A DNA stretch of 61,059 bases from Craspedostauros australis (lineage: Eukaryota): NCBI GenBank assembly GCA_030167865.1, contig JALAGF010005986.1, forward strand, positions 1-61,059, read 5' to 3'. Numbering within the stretch: position 1 is the stretch's first letter; each line of letters opens with the position of its first letter. The position numbers and the translations under genes are program-made. The notes beneath the pieces are model-generated. The model saw only the letters and a list, made by a program, of their open reading frames with translations. It was not told the DNA's origin and searched no databases. This document shows positions 1-12,456 of this stretch, one piece after another.

Positions 1-2150
1 TCGTTCACCCGCTATTCTCTCATACGCACTTGGACGGTATAACTACATTCGTGTCGATAGTATGCTGTGATTCGTCAGAATTACCGGGGAAATGGAACAC
101 ACGAAAAGGGGCAAGATTTCTGGAGGAAATTTGCAAATAACGATTTCTGAGAGAATTGGAAGATCGTCCGTCCATCCATCAATGGTACCAAGAGAATCTC
201 AAGGTACTTCCCAACTAAACCTCAGATGACGATATCATCTGACAGGCTACTGCATCACCAATGGAATATGACATCTGGAGAGCAGAAGGACGCCTACTGA
301 TGTTGACAGGATGTCATCATGTCACCACGTCGACATCTGTCTCCAAGTCAGAGCAGGAGGCGAAGATCCGATGATCCATGAAGATCATGGATACTGAAGG
401 TGAACTTCAAATGGTAAGTACTCATGGAGTAGGAACCAGTACTGAATGAACGGAGTGTCGAATGCGGAGTATGCATCGAACATGGAGTATCGTATAGCAC
501 GAACACACAATGTTGAGAGAGAGAAAGAGAGAATGCAGAGAGGAGCGAGAGAGCATCTCACGTACCGACTCATAGTCGGAAACTGAATCTACAAAACAGA
601 TTGAAACACCAAGAGCATCAGGCAAGAGAACGGGCGTACACCAAGAGGATCGGAGTAGCCAAGTAATGAAATAGCAAACAGACGACTATCAACCAACATC
701 ATCTTCCACAATCGTAGGTTACCGTGAGCGGAACTTGCCAACAAAGGATCTCTGCCCATTGAATGTAGAGGAAAGATCCCAACCTGGATGCCAACGCCGG
801 AACTGGTACAAGGATGGATGATCTTCATGGATGAATAGATGGGTGGGTGGGTCCTGTGCTGCGGCCAATATGGCATGCCCACCATCAAAGCAGATGCCCC
901 ATAAGTGAAGTTGCCAAAGCTGCAATCTTGAATTCAACCCATATTGCAGGCCACAGTGGTGACTGTGACCAACAGCAGCGTGTTTACGCCATTGTAATCA
1001 GCATTGTCATTTTTGTTATTGGTTTGCTGTGATGTGCGCATGTGTTGCATATGGCCGGTGTGCCAAGTATTGTGTACATTTGTAGCGTGANCTCATCCTG
1101 CTAGCGAGCACAGACCTGTGGGTACTTGTACTCGACGACAGCACCGATGCCATTGTCGATCTTGATGCCGATGTTGTTGTTGTTGTCTGGTGTCACACAA
1201 AGACCCAGAATCTCACTCACAACTGTGTTCACAAAGTCACAGCCGACAACATGATACCAAAATGGATACTACCAACAGAAGTACCTCAACAGCCAACTGC
1301 TGTGTCGCCGTTCACATCAAAGGAACACTTCTGTCCTTGTTTTGTTGGGATTTTGTAGAAAACAATTTTGTCAATTTTGCGTATGTCTTGGTACTATTGC
1401 GGTAATACTACTACTAAACGACAACAATACTGAGCATACTATAGTACCATATCAACGATATCATGAACGTATCGGTCGGAATCGTCGTTCTGTTACGACA
1501 ATGAAGTTTGTCGCCTCGAGATACTCAAACGGAGATACTGCACGAAAAAATAATTGCAGTTTATTTGCTCAATACGTGATTTCTGAGAAAGTGTCAAAGT
1601 TCCACAGTTCCTCGTGCGAAACCAACCACGCAATCCCACCGCCTCTGTCAGCGTTCACAACGAGAATCGATCCGACAGGGAACAGATCGTCTGCGTCACA
1701 NGGTNCCAAATGAGAACCCCAAGCGCAACAAAGCTGGGGAAAATTGACCCAAACTCCCCTCAATTCACCCTTCAATGGGATGGCTTGCTCGTAGCAGTGA
1801 TATAGTCTAAGCCATTTGATTGGCTGGGGTCGCCGGCCATGCCAAAAAATAGCCACTCGAACCCCTCTATTATGGGTTTTGCCGTTGAGTACCGCGTGGT
1901 TTTATTCTCCATCGTCCCGCGAAAGAAGCCAGATGGCGACCATTATCATTTGGTCTCATTTTCGTGCCAGTCCTCGTCCCGAATTGCAATCACAATCACA
2001 ATCACACAAAATCACAGAGCGCCGCCACACATTCTGCGTTCCCATCATCGCAACCATCCACACCACCACCGCCGCCACTGCTGTCGTCATTGCCACCGCC
2101 ATTGCCATTGCCATTGCCCGCACGACCTCATTTCATTCTCCTCCTCAATC

Positions 2151-3167
2151 ATGGTCAAACCAACAAACCCATTCGCCACATCCGCAACAACAGGGGCGTC
2201 CTCCGCGCCAACGCAGCAATCAAGGCTGTCATCGCCATTGCGTGCGAACGACACAGAGCTCACGTCTGCTTCCGCATCTCGTGTGGCAGCAAGCGGAACG
2301 GCTGCCCGCTTTGGAACGCAAGAACAGGCGCGGCAATCTGACCAATTGTCGTTGCTCTCCCTGTTTTCTCACCACAACTTCGTTCATCACGTCGCTGAAC
2401 AGCCACCAAGTTCCCGCTATGGGCCCAGTGCTCACAACGGCCAGCATCATCGGTACCAACAGCAACATCGCAGCGATGACAACCGTTACGCCGGAGCTGA
2501 CGAAATCGAACGATCCATCATGAACGTCCCGTTTCTTGGAAACACTCCGTTCGAACACGAGAACTATCAGTCCGCCATGTCCAACAACACCCATGATCTG
2601 GTCGACATCATCGACAACGTCCTCATGGTCCTAAGCGAACCAATGGGCATCGCGAACGACCACGTCGACAACAACGACAACGTCTTCTCGATCGATGGTC
2701 ATGAGGGAAGCCAAGACGAACACCACGCCCACCAGCGCCAGAACAACCATGAACAAGCAGCCCTGAATACTATTGGTGGTACGAGTACTAATGTGCCAAT
2801 GCAGGACGACGATGGCAACAGCAATGGCGATGGGGAGCATCCACAGAGCATGGCACAGGCTGGCAACGCTTCGCATCGCGATGCCCCTATGGACACAGAT
2901 CTGCCGCGCTATCACTTGTCGCCTCTGATCCAGCCGCCGCTGAACGGCCCATCTTCGTACCAATACTCGCAAGCCGTGGTCAATCACAGTCGCACCCGCT
3001 CCCTTGCATTTTCGGTGACACGCCCAGCACGGAGACAGCAGCAGCCCAATGTTGGCTGGGACATGCATCCAGCGGAAGTTGCGAGCAACCAACCCCAGGA
3101 GTACGATGTCACCTCACAATCCAATGACGGGCACACCCATACGAGTAGCGCTTCTCCGCGGCAATAA
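2151..3167 (+). CDS. hypothetical low-complexity (S/Q/N/H/D-rich) protein
   Basis: ATG at 2151 lies inside the long open frame 1839..3167 (MVKPTNPF...SPRQ*). Composition resembles disordered algal proteins; no domain recognised. Confidence 0.5.
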   Translation: MVKPTNPFATSATTGASSAPTQQSRLSSPLRANDTELTSASASRVAASGTAARFGTQEQARQSDQLSLLSLFSHHNFVHHVAEQPPSSRYGPSAHNGQHHRYQQQHRSDDNRYAGADEIERSIMNVPFLGNTPFEHENYQSAMSNNTHDLVDIIDNVLMVLSEPMGIANDHVDNNDNVFSIDGHEGSQDEHHAHQRQNNHEQAALNTIGGTSTNVPMQDDDGNSNGDGEHPQSMAQAGNASHRDAPMDTDLPRYHLSPLIQPPLNGPSSYQYSQAVVNHSRTRSLAFSVTRPARRQQQPNVGWDMHPAEVASNQPQEYDVTSQSNDGHTHTSSASPRQ

Positions 3168-4645
3168 TTCCATCAATAGTAGAGAAGAACTCCCCATTAT
3201 CTCTTCGCTCTCTATCTTGCTCCACGACATGGTGTATCACCAATGATCAGAGAAGCACGTGGAGTAGAGCAGCGCCAGCCATGATACGACACCCAGCACG
3301 CCTGGCGAGGGTGATCGTTGAAAGCTGGAGAGAGGGAATGGCCCACCGCGAGTAGAAGGAGGAATCGCATGTGCCCCCTTGGTGTGGCGGCTCGTGATGG
3401 TGGGTGTTGGGGAGCAGCTGCTTCGGAGGGTTGGTAATCCCCAGCTTCGTTCAGTCGGATTTCTGTACGCCCCACTCTCCATCAATCGCTCCTCCGAATC
3501 ACGAGTAAAACCGCAACAGGGCACAAAGTTGAAAGAAATGAATGTGGGGGAGCCACGACGAACTGAGAGAAGCAACACATCGCACCGAGCAGATGGAGCA
3601 GACAACTCGCAACCCACTACGTGTATGACACACAGCGCATTGTGCAGAGAGGGAGGAAAATCTGTGCGCTGCCACTGTAGAGGTGAGTGTTGATTTGACG
3701 ATGGACACTGTGGCTATCATACGTGTAATACTATTATATTGTATTATACCTCCTATCGGTGCAACTCAACTACGAACGGATAGGGAGCAGTTCCGCATTT
3801 TGAGACTCCAATTGGCTGGAAAGTTGCCAATGCGGGCACGGCATCGCCGACGATGACGCGACTGCAGCACGTACGACTATGGATGCCATACGAGTTACAA
3901 GCGCATCTCCGCCACGAGTTCTCACAACCAGAGGTGGTGATCATTTGGTGAGCATCAGACCTCCGGCACAGTATGGACATTGTCTGACACTTCCTGACAT
4001 CTTGTCATGCAAGGGAACGGCAGAACAATCCACCGCCTGTTGGGCATGTAATCGAGTTGCGGAGATACAGCTATCAGTGCTGGCGATATCTCTTGTTGGT
4101 ATGCTGTGTCTGTTGAATGATGAGTCGACGAATTGACCGAACGCGCCACACATTCTCGCCTCCTCGGATGTACCTGGCGCTGGTCTCCGCTGACACCAGC
4201 CTTCCTCCGAACTTCCGGAGGATGTGGCCCAAGGGAGAATCCTCATTGGAGCAGTACCTCTGTTCATCCGATCGCACCGCCACTGTCCCATCATTTGTAG
4301 CATAGGTCGTAAGTCCAACCTACCCAGTTCTCTGTCCTCACGACGTGTTCCTCTGACAAATATCTTTTGCGAAGAAACCCAAGACCACAAGGCTCGCTGA
4401 GGGCTGTTCGTCCGGAACTTGCCTACTCTACCATACGACTACTCTGCGCCACGCGATTGGTGGGTGGAGAGGTGGCGATTTAAAAGGAAGGAACAAAGCA
4501 GCGCACAACGCACGATGCACAACGTCCACAATTTGGCTCCGGACGTGATCACGCGTGCGAACTCGGCAACGGATCCAACCGACACTGATGGCCAGAGCTC
4601 TGAGATCTTGCGCTTCGCGCCCTGCCGCTTCTCCTTCTCCCACAG

Positions 4646-6193
4646 TCACCTCGGCACAAGAGGAACATCGACCACGATCGGAGGATTGACTGGGCGATAG
4701 ATCATGTCGCACGAAGCTGCATTAACAAGAAGGGTTGATCGTGGCAAGTCTCCACGTGTTACCGCGCAAGCGGCATCACGACTCGTGAGGGTGTCAATAC
4801 CGTATTGATCATGGAAGTGGCCATGAGCCCACACTCGTGGGCAGATGGTGCTGTCTGGGTCCATCAGCATTGTCTCGATGTTGCCGCATCTCGCATGTGT
4901 CACCAGCAGATCAATCTGGTCGCGCCTGCGAATGTGGTTGTGGCTGCGGTTGCGGATGCGGATGTGATCGCCAGCGATACCACCGTCTTTATTTGCGCTT
5001 TTGCTGTTGAATGGGTACGAGTCGCCATATTTTGATGCACTCTGGATGCTCGCCCCGTTGTTCCCTCCTTCGCCATTCTCATTGACGGCGCCATCGTCAC
5101 CACCGATACCAGCATGCGCTGAGAATGAAGTTGCCACCATGTTCTGCTCATGGTGTTTCCACATCTCCGGCCGTTGGAAGGCCCTATTGGAGGTGACGCC
5201 CGGAGGAGAGTACGGGGAACCAAACAACCGCAATCCACACACATCGTGGACGATCGAGCCATCCAGCAGCACCCCATTATTTGGCCTCCACGAGTACAGG
5301 CCTGACGCCAGCGTAGATTCGTCGGCCTCCATCTGGGTATCATGGTTCCCACCGATAACGAACTTGTGTCGGGCAGGCACTTGGCCCAACCACTCATCAA
5401 ATTCTTTCAATCCTCGCTGCCCAGCGCCATAGTCGCCAAGGTACCCGTAGCGTTGCAACACATCGCCGCAGTGGATCAAAATGTCGCATTGCGGGACCTG
5501 AATGCATTCGTGCTTTCCGTGAGTATCCGAGATGAATACAACGCGTGCGACACCCCTCGCGCCGGCTTCCACTGAAAAGTCCACTTCTGGCATTCCATCA
5601 TTCCAGACTTCGTTCCAAGACCATTCATTCGTTTCGGAATCCGCCGACAATTGTCGGGTTGCTGTCGTTGACGTGGGCCTTGGCACAGGTGTTGGAGTTG
5701 GTGCGGATACGTAAAGGACCTTGCTTTTGGGCGATTTCGCATTCAGCCCCTGCCTTCCTCTCGCACTTGAGCTGTTGATCGAGATGGAACCTCTTCTATC
5801 GATGTCCACGCCCATTGCCGCTGACAACTCTTTTTGATACCGCTGCAACCGCTTGTCCCATTTCACACCCCATGGCCCAATGTGCACCAGCTGCCGTATG
5901 CCGCGCCATGGCGGCACGGGTATCAGGTCTCTCCTCGATGTTTGTTGCCACGCATTCCCCCCTTCATTTTGCTGTGATGCACTGGTGCGATCGTCCGGTC
6001 CCTTTGTCGCTTGCATGCGCGTGCAACAGCGCATCGCGCTTCTGCATCTCAATGCATCGGCCTCAGCTGGAATGCGCCGACCTCGTGAAGAAGATCCACG
6101 CGCCGCCAGAGATCGGCTCCACGCAGACGCACGAGTGGCCAGCACGGCGAAGATGAGGAGGGCTGCTTCTCGCATGGCTGACGCATGTCGCAT
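4646..6193 (-). CDS. calcineurin-like metallophosphoesterase (MPPED/Metallophos family), probably plastid-targeted
   Basis: All five metal-binding motifs occur in order: FISDTH, IHCGDV, IGGNHD, LVTH, AHGHFH. N-terminus MREAALLIFAVLATRASA|W (alternative ATG at 6175) reads as a signal peptide plus an R/S-rich transit peptide. Confidence 0.9.
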   Translation of the reverse strand: MRHASAMREAALLIFAVLATRASAWSRSLAARGSSSRGRRIPAEADALRCRSAMRCCTRMQATKGPDDRTSASQQNEGGNAWQQTSRRDLIPVPPWRGIRQLVHIGPWGVKWDKRLQRYQKELSAAMGVDIDRRGSISINSSSARGRQGLNAKSPKSKVLYVSAPTPTPVPRPTSTTATRQLSADSETNEWSWNEVWNDGMPEVDFSVEAGARGVARVVFISDTHGKHECIQVPQCDILIHCGDVLQRYGYLGDYGAGQRGLKEFDEWLGQVPARHKFVIGGNHDTQMEADESTLASGLYSWRPNNGVLLDGSIVHDVCGLRLFGSPYSPPGVTSNRAFQRPEMWKHHEQNMVATSFSAHAGIGGDDGAVNENGEGGNNGASIQSASKYGDSYPFNSKSANKDGGIAGDHIRIRNRSHNHIRRRDQIDLLVTHARCGNIETMLMDPDSTICPRVWAHGHFHDQYGIDTLTSRDAACAVTRGDLPRSTLLVNAASCDMIYRPVNPPIVVDVPLVPR

Positions 6194-7268
6194 TGTGCAT
6201 CCAACCTCGACGGGTGCGTGTTGTCTTGATGATGAAGATGAAGAATATCTGGGGATGTCGCTATTCTGTATCCGACTTGGTCGTATGCGTGTATAATAGC
6301 TCGTACGACTATGCTGCCCACACGCAAGCTGCTCAAGAGTACGAGGATGACAGAGTATGCAGAGTGCAATTACTCAACACTGACCTCCTGTTTCTTGTCA
6401 TGGCTCGCTGTGGACCACATGCTTGTGTGTGTCTCTGCGTTTGTGATTTGGTTGAATGGAGAAGGCGTTTGATCGTGACGTCGGCAATTTGTGATGAAGA
6501 AGCTGCCGTTCCAAATCTGAATCATCGTAACCGTTATAACGGTGTATTTGTAATCGTTTGAGTCGGTAAATCCATCAGAATGGAGATGGTTCCACGACTC
6601 CAAAGAGATCCCTGAATTCAAATTTGGACAGGCGCAAACAAGACGCTTTCATTCGCGTGATTTCTGGCTGCGGAGCAAGGAAGAAGCACGAACGCCAACG
6701 CCATCCACGATGGAACCGATGCCAAGGCAAGGCAAGGCAAGCTGTGCCACGAGCTACTTCCTGATTGCGGATTTCCCAGACGCAATGCCTCGAACGAGGG
6801 GCAACGGTGACTTTTGTCCACGATGTTCGATGTGCACAATGGGCTTGCGCGGCGATGGATGGGTGGAATTCAAATCATACCTGCGCGTCAAGGCGTGGTG
6901 GGGGCTGAGTAGGTACACATGGTACAGGACTGTGATGCATCGTAATGCGGCAACGCCTGTAAGTACGGAGATGGTACCATAGCTCGTACAATACCACACA
7001 AGCACGAGCACGAGAGTCTTACCGTGTTACCACTTTCTCCTCACCTCACATCACAACCCAAGACTGTACACTGCACCCATCCACAGCATTTCATCATCAG
7101 TGCGACGACAACTCTCGAACCAGTGTTGCACGAAGGACACCTCTCACCTCCACAAGACTGGTCCTTCATTGCGCCGGCCTCATACATAAGTTGACTTCTT
7201 TGCCATCGTCACCGCTGCCATTCCAAACAAAGATTGCTTGTCGCAGCAACTACATCATCGATTCCACC

Positions 7269-9473
7269 ATGAGCTCACGAAGCACCAATGCGATCGACGG
7301 TCACCCGCGCAACCTGAAGAGATCTGAATCATTGCCGATGTCATCGCCAACATCGTTGCAAACACCAACGATGGATCAGTCATCGCCACCATCGCCACCC
7401 CTGTTTCCATCATGGCGCACGGCGTCGTCATCGTTGACGTCGGCATCCGGACATGTCCGCAAGTTCGGTATCAACGACGATGCCAGCGACGGATACTACA
7501 GCGCAATGGAGACGTTCGGATCGTCGCGTTCGTTGGCAAGCCACCGTCTGAGCAGCGATACATGGCACAGCACCAACGATTTGCAAGATTTTGTTGGAGC
7601 AAACGCAGATGCGGACGATGACTCACGACGTTCGCTGGATACATCGGCTGACAGCATCAACAGCCTGAACACCCGCAACAATAACCAAAGCAGTATCGAC
7701 ATCGACATCGATGATTGCACAGGGTTTTGCTCTGCCACATCACGCTCCAAACCCACACTCAAACCCAATTCCAACTCGCCCTCCTCATCCCAATCCTCAG
7801 CAATGCGCTCTTCCTCCTCATCGTCATTGTCGTCATCGTCTTCCTCTTTCCAATTCGTATTTGAAACAATCGAAGACCACGAGACGATGATGGTGATTGG
7901 ATCAAATGACAGCAATGGCTCCAATCGTACCACAATCGTCACAGCCCCTTCAAAGGTCGCTCCCAGAGGCCACATTCCTGGCTTTGGTATGGACGCACCA
8001 TGTCCCGAACAACGCCGACGACGCACCGTCACCGACGAGATCGCAGAAACGATACAAGCACCGAACGTGAAGAAGCCAAGACGCCGACGCAAAGATTCCA
8101 CGAGCATGCCGATTCCCACATCCATCGAAGTGCTCGACTTCGAATACGACCCAAACAGACTGGAGCAGCTGATCGAGATCCTGCAGGCGGCGACCTCCAA
8201 CAAGAGCCTCCCACTGGATGGCATGCCCCTTGACCTGCGCCGTCGCATTCAAGAGTTCCGATTCGCGCAGCTACAGCGTCGACGGAAGTTCATGACCATG
8301 CCGTACGGGATCGCCGGGATGTACACCAACCTTTCCGATATCCGGATGGACCTGCGCTGGGCTGAGGATACGTCCTGGCGCCGCGAACGCAATCTCCCGT
8401 ACGTGCGTTGGGCAGACTACGAAGAAGCCCGTCTGAATGGCGTCGTGCGTCCGTACTTCAGCTACGGCGTGCTCCTCCTCAACGTGGCCATGATGCTATA
8501 CGCCTTCCATCTGAACGACTGGGTCGTTGAGCCGCTTGACGTCAATCTTCTCATCGGCCCCAGCACGGACGCCCTGATTGCCGCCGGCGCCCTGCAAAGC
8601 TCGTTGCTGATCGAGAATGGCGAGCTGTACCGCCTCGCGTTCGCCGTGTTTCTCCATGGTGGAGTCATCCATCTGGTGGCCAACATGTGCGCGCTGTGGC
8701 TGATCGGGCGGGCCGTCGAGCGCAACCACGGCACGGTGACCACATGCGTCATCTACATGGCATCGGCTCTCGGTGCCAACCTGCTCTCCGTCATCATGCA
8801 GCCTGGCTACATCCTCGTGGGAGCATCGGGCGCCATCTTCGGTCTTGTCGGCATGTGCCTCGCGGACATCGTACTGAATTGGCGGCTGCTGTTCGTCGTC
8901 TTCCGCCAACGCAGCGGGCACACGTGGTCCATAGCGGCCTGCAGCATCATCTGGATCCTGTTCGACCTGGCATTCAACTCCATTCTCGGCTGGACGCCGT
9001 ACATTGACAACTTCGCACATCTGGGGGGTCTCCTGTACGGCTTCCTGATGGCCTGCACCTTCCTGCGGCGGCTGCCACTGAAGTTCTTTGGCAAGCGAAG
9101 CGGGGTGCTCCACAAGATCCAGATCAAGCTGCTGCGTCTGTTCGGCGCTCTCCTCGTGCTGGTCATGATGCTGGTGTCCGTCTTCCTGCTGATGCGCAGC
9201 GATGGCTTGACCAGCCCCTGCTGGAACTGCCGCTTCATCTCCTGCGCTCCATTCCCATTCTGGGAAGAGCAGAAATGGTGGACCTGCGATGGCTGCGACA
9301 GCATCTCAGCCCAGACCATCCGCGACGAAGCCAACGAGTACTACCAGCAAGTGGATCTGACATGTCCGCAGGGCAACGTCGAGCTCATCGACGTGCGATC
9401 CCTCAACATCTTGGAGAAGGCAAACCTCGCCAAAGCACTTCCTGGCCTCTGCCAACAGCACTGTTTTTCGTAG
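7269..9473 (+). CDS. rhomboid family intramembrane serine protease with long disordered N-terminus
   Basis: Motifs FLHGGVIHLVANM, catalytic VGASGAIFG and DNFAHLGG; about 7 TM helices; Cys-rich C-tail (PCWNCRFISC..WWTCDGC) like secretase-type rhomboids. First ATG at 7269. Confidence 0.93.
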   Translation: MSSRSTNAIDGHPRNLKRSESLPMSSPTSLQTPTMDQSSPPSPPLFPSWRTASSSLTSASGHVRKFGINDDASDGYYSAMETFGSSRSLASHRLSSDTWHSTNDLQDFVGANADADDDSRRSLDTSADSINSLNTRNNNQSSIDIDIDDCTGFCSATSRSKPTLKPNSNSPSSSQSSAMRSSSSSSLSSSSSSFQFVFETIEDHETMMVIGSNDSNGSNRTTIVTAPSKVAPRGHIPGFGMDAPCPEQRRRRTVTDEIAETIQAPNVKKPRRRRKDSTSMPIPTSIEVLDFEYDPNRLEQLIEILQAATSNKSLPLDGMPLDLRRRIQEFRFAQLQRRRKFMTMPYGIAGMYTNLSDIRMDLRWAEDTSWRRERNLPYVRWADYEEARLNGVVRPYFSYGVLLLNVAMMLYAFHLNDWVVEPLDVNLLIGPSTDALIAAGALQSSLLIENGELYRLAFAVFLHGGVIHLVANMCALWLIGRAVERNHGTVTTCVIYMASALGANLLSVIMQPGYILVGASGAIFGLVGMCLADIVLNWRLLFVVFRQRSGHTWSIAACSIIWILFDLAFNSILGWTPYIDNFAHLGGLLYGFLMACTFLRRLPLKFFGKRSGVLHKIQIKLLRLFGALLVLVMMLVSVFLLMRSDGLTSPCWNCRFISCAPFPFWEEQKWWTCDGCDSISAQTIRDEANEYYQQVDLTCPQGNVELIDVRSLNILEKANLAKALPGLCQQHCFS

Positions 9474-9768
9474 CTCGTGCGGCTATGAGTAGTAGTACGA
9501 CCCAAAGATCGTGGAATGGGAAGAGGAACCGCATTCCCCGATTGCGAACAAGGGGCACACGCGCGAAACGTGCACTTCGGTTGTGTTCCTAAAATCTAAA
9601 ACACGACTCCATTTCAAAGATCTTCCGCTGCCACAAACATCATTCCACAGTGCCTTGTTTCTCCTCCTTCTCGTGGGTGTTGCTATTGCCATTGCCATCG
9701 CTGTTGCTGCTGCTGTTCCCGTTGTTGTCGTCTTTCTCATTCGACACAAAAAAGAAGTAACCAGCAAC

Positions 9769-11808
9769 ATGACATCACCAGCTGAGATCATCCTGGTAGA
9801 GGAGGAGGCCAACGTCCTCGTGGAGCCGTTGCTGCCGAGCGATCATCGAACACCGTCGCCTTCGCCAGAACCTCAAGGTGAGCAGAGCGTCATGCAATTG
9901 CGTTCGAGTAGAGTAGAGTACGGTAGAGCAGAGCGTGTATTTGTGTTCTGGCTATGCCACGATGTGAAGATTTTCTCACGATTGCCCGTCTGCTGCAAAC
10001 AGTCACATGGGAAGACGAGCCTCTCATCGAGGAGGACTGGGATCATGGAGAAGTGCAGGAGGCCGTATGCCAGGACAAGATCTTCGCGGTGGCCTTCCTA
10101 TTGCAGTTCATCGGGATGGTGGTATTGGCCGTGCTGGGACTGCAGGAGATGACGGCGGATGCGGATTTCTTTGAGGACTTTGAAATCACAATAGATGTGA
10201 ACGGGCATGATGCAGAGATGGACCTGGATAGCGGACGGTACATCCTGTTCCATGCCATCGTGGCCGCAACGAGCATCGGCTGGGGCATCGGCGCGCTGCT
10301 TCTGTACGGAGCATGCGCGGAGACCATGGTGCAAATCTCCCTGTTGGTATCGCCCTTCGTCTGCTTCGCGTTGGCCTTGTGGAGCTTCATCGCATCCAGC
10401 ATCGCTCTCGGCGTCATCCTGCTCGTGATCGGTCTCTTCGGGTCCTTCTTCGCCTATTCCAATTGGTATCGCGTTCCGTTTGCGGCCGCCAACCTCGTCG
10501 CCGGCATGACGGCCGTGCGCAAGAACTTCGGGCTGGTCTTCCTCAGCTTCCTCACCGTCATCAAGACATGGCTGTGGATCTCGACTGCGGGCTTTGCGTT
10601 AGTGTACCTTTACCATCATGCTGGCTGTCACGAAGAGTGCGATCAGCACACCTCCGTATCGGACAGCGCAGATCTGACCGGAGACAGCATCGAAGTCGAC
10701 TGCGAGCAAAAATGCAAACACGTGGAGCTCTACGCCTTGCTCTGGTTCCTGTCCTACTGCTGGACATACGGCGTCCTCAAGTACATGCTGCACACCAACG
10801 TGGCCGGCGTCGTGGGGAGCTGGTGGTTCGTGCCGCAGGAGGCATCGGCCTGCTGTTCCCAGGCATTGTGCGATTCCATGTACCGCACGTCCGTCTACTC
10901 CTTTGGTTCCATCTGCTTCGGATCCCTCGTGCTGTCTATCACGCAGGTCCTGGAGGCCGTCGTGCGCATGGCCAGGTTGGACAATGAGCGGCGTCGGGAG
11001 AATAATGAAGGCGGTAGCGCCGGAGCATCGGTGCTCTTTTGTCTCTTGGAATGCCTCGTGCAGCAGTTGCAACGGTTGGTGCAGTACATCAACAAATGGG
11101 CGTTTGGTAAGTTTGCGACATTATGTGCTGCATTGTAGTGGGCTGGGTATGGGTATGGGTATATTGCTATGGCGCCGCGCGCTTGACATGGCCATCTTGT
11201 CTCGCGCTTGTGTGATTCTCTCCTTCAGTTCCTCACAATCTTCCACTCCATTTCTCTTCCTGTTCAATTCCACGACATTCTACTCTACCCAATGATCCAA
11301 CGATGCGATTGTGCGCGGCCACATTTCAGTGTACGTTGGTATCTACGGCTTCGACTACATGACAGCAGGGTCCAAGGTGTACGCCCTCTTCCAGGCTCGC
11401 GGTTGGTCCGTCGTGCTGAACGACGTGCTCGTAGCGCGAAGCTTGCAAATCATCACACTGCTCGTGTCAGTCTGCACCGGAGTCACTTCCGTGCTCCTCT
11501 ACATCCTGGTGCCAACTTGGTGGGATGGCGTGCCCGAGGACTCCGAACCATCTCACGACATGATAGACGCCGATCACACCATCTTTGCAATGCATCACTG
11601 CAGGAGTTGCTGGATCACCTTTGCAGTGGGATGCATCTACGGCGCCCTGCTTTCGTCCGTGGTTCTCAAGGTCGTGTCGAGCGCTGTAGAGACCGTGATC
11701 GTCTGCTTTGCTGAGAATCCCAACGCGCTGCGCGAGAATCACCCGGAACATTCACGTTCCATGACGCAGGCTTGGAGGAAGGTGTATCCCGAGGAGTTTG
11801 GGAATTGA
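9769..11808 (+). CDS. choline transporter-like (CTL/SLC44/Pns1 family) protein, 3 exons
   Basis: Exons 9769-9877, 10003-11106 and 11330-11808. GTGAGC..CAG and GTAAGT..CAG introns join in frame (…EPQ-V-TWEDE…; …NKWAF-V-YVGIYG…). Family motifs QDKIFAVAF, AGVVGSWWF, SFGSICFGSL, SSAVETVIVCFAENP. Confidence 0.9.
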
Positions 11809-12456
11809 CGGGGGTCTTACTGTCTCGAAGGAATGGAAAGGAGAGAAGAGAAGGGAAAGTGGGACAACATAAGGCAGTGGATGCGCAGATAGGACGAGAT
11901 ACGGGTGCCGCACTGTTGTCGTCTATGCAAAGCCAATCAGCCAGGATGTGAGCACGCGTGAATTTCCGCAACGAGCAGCTCTTTCACAGAGGAATGCACT
12001 TGAGTACTCCACCATTCATCGCCAAGTAGTATTGTACGTACTTACACATAGCCCTCTACATGTACATTATACATGCGTTTTTACACAGAGCAGATTGCAG
12101 TACAATGTCGTAAATAGATGTGGATGTAGTCTTGTGATGCATTATTTACTCAATCTTGCGCACTCTGGATGTGTCCGAACAGTCGAGTTGAAAATTGTGA
12201 GCATGAAACTAGAGCGTAGACTGATTGCCTGACGTCACACACAAGGCATCAACCACACAGAAGATCCATTCATTTGTTGCTTCGTTTTCTGTGGCGTCAC
12301 CAGCACAAACAAGCACAAATAGGAGAGCCTCGCCACCCGCACAACCCATCTCTTTCCATTACCAATACTCACTACATCTCGGAGAACTCGAACATTGCAG
12401 CACATTGATCGTGACTCTTGTGAACTTTACGTTGGCAACACCACGAACACAGCAGG

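Noticed and set aside
222..242. Hairpin TCAGATGA-cgata-TCATCTGA
   Set aside because: An 8-bp stem is expected by chance in 61 kb; no supporting context.
589..1180. Retrotransposon pol/RNase H remnant
   Set aside because: No convincing RT, RNase H or integrase motif in any frame I could read.
3200..4600. Short ORFs between two convergent genes
   Set aside because: No motif support in either strand.
9511..10152. 213-aa ORF as a separate membrane protein
   Set aside because: Made of leader, exon 1, intron 1 and an out-of-frame part of exon 2 of the CTL gene.
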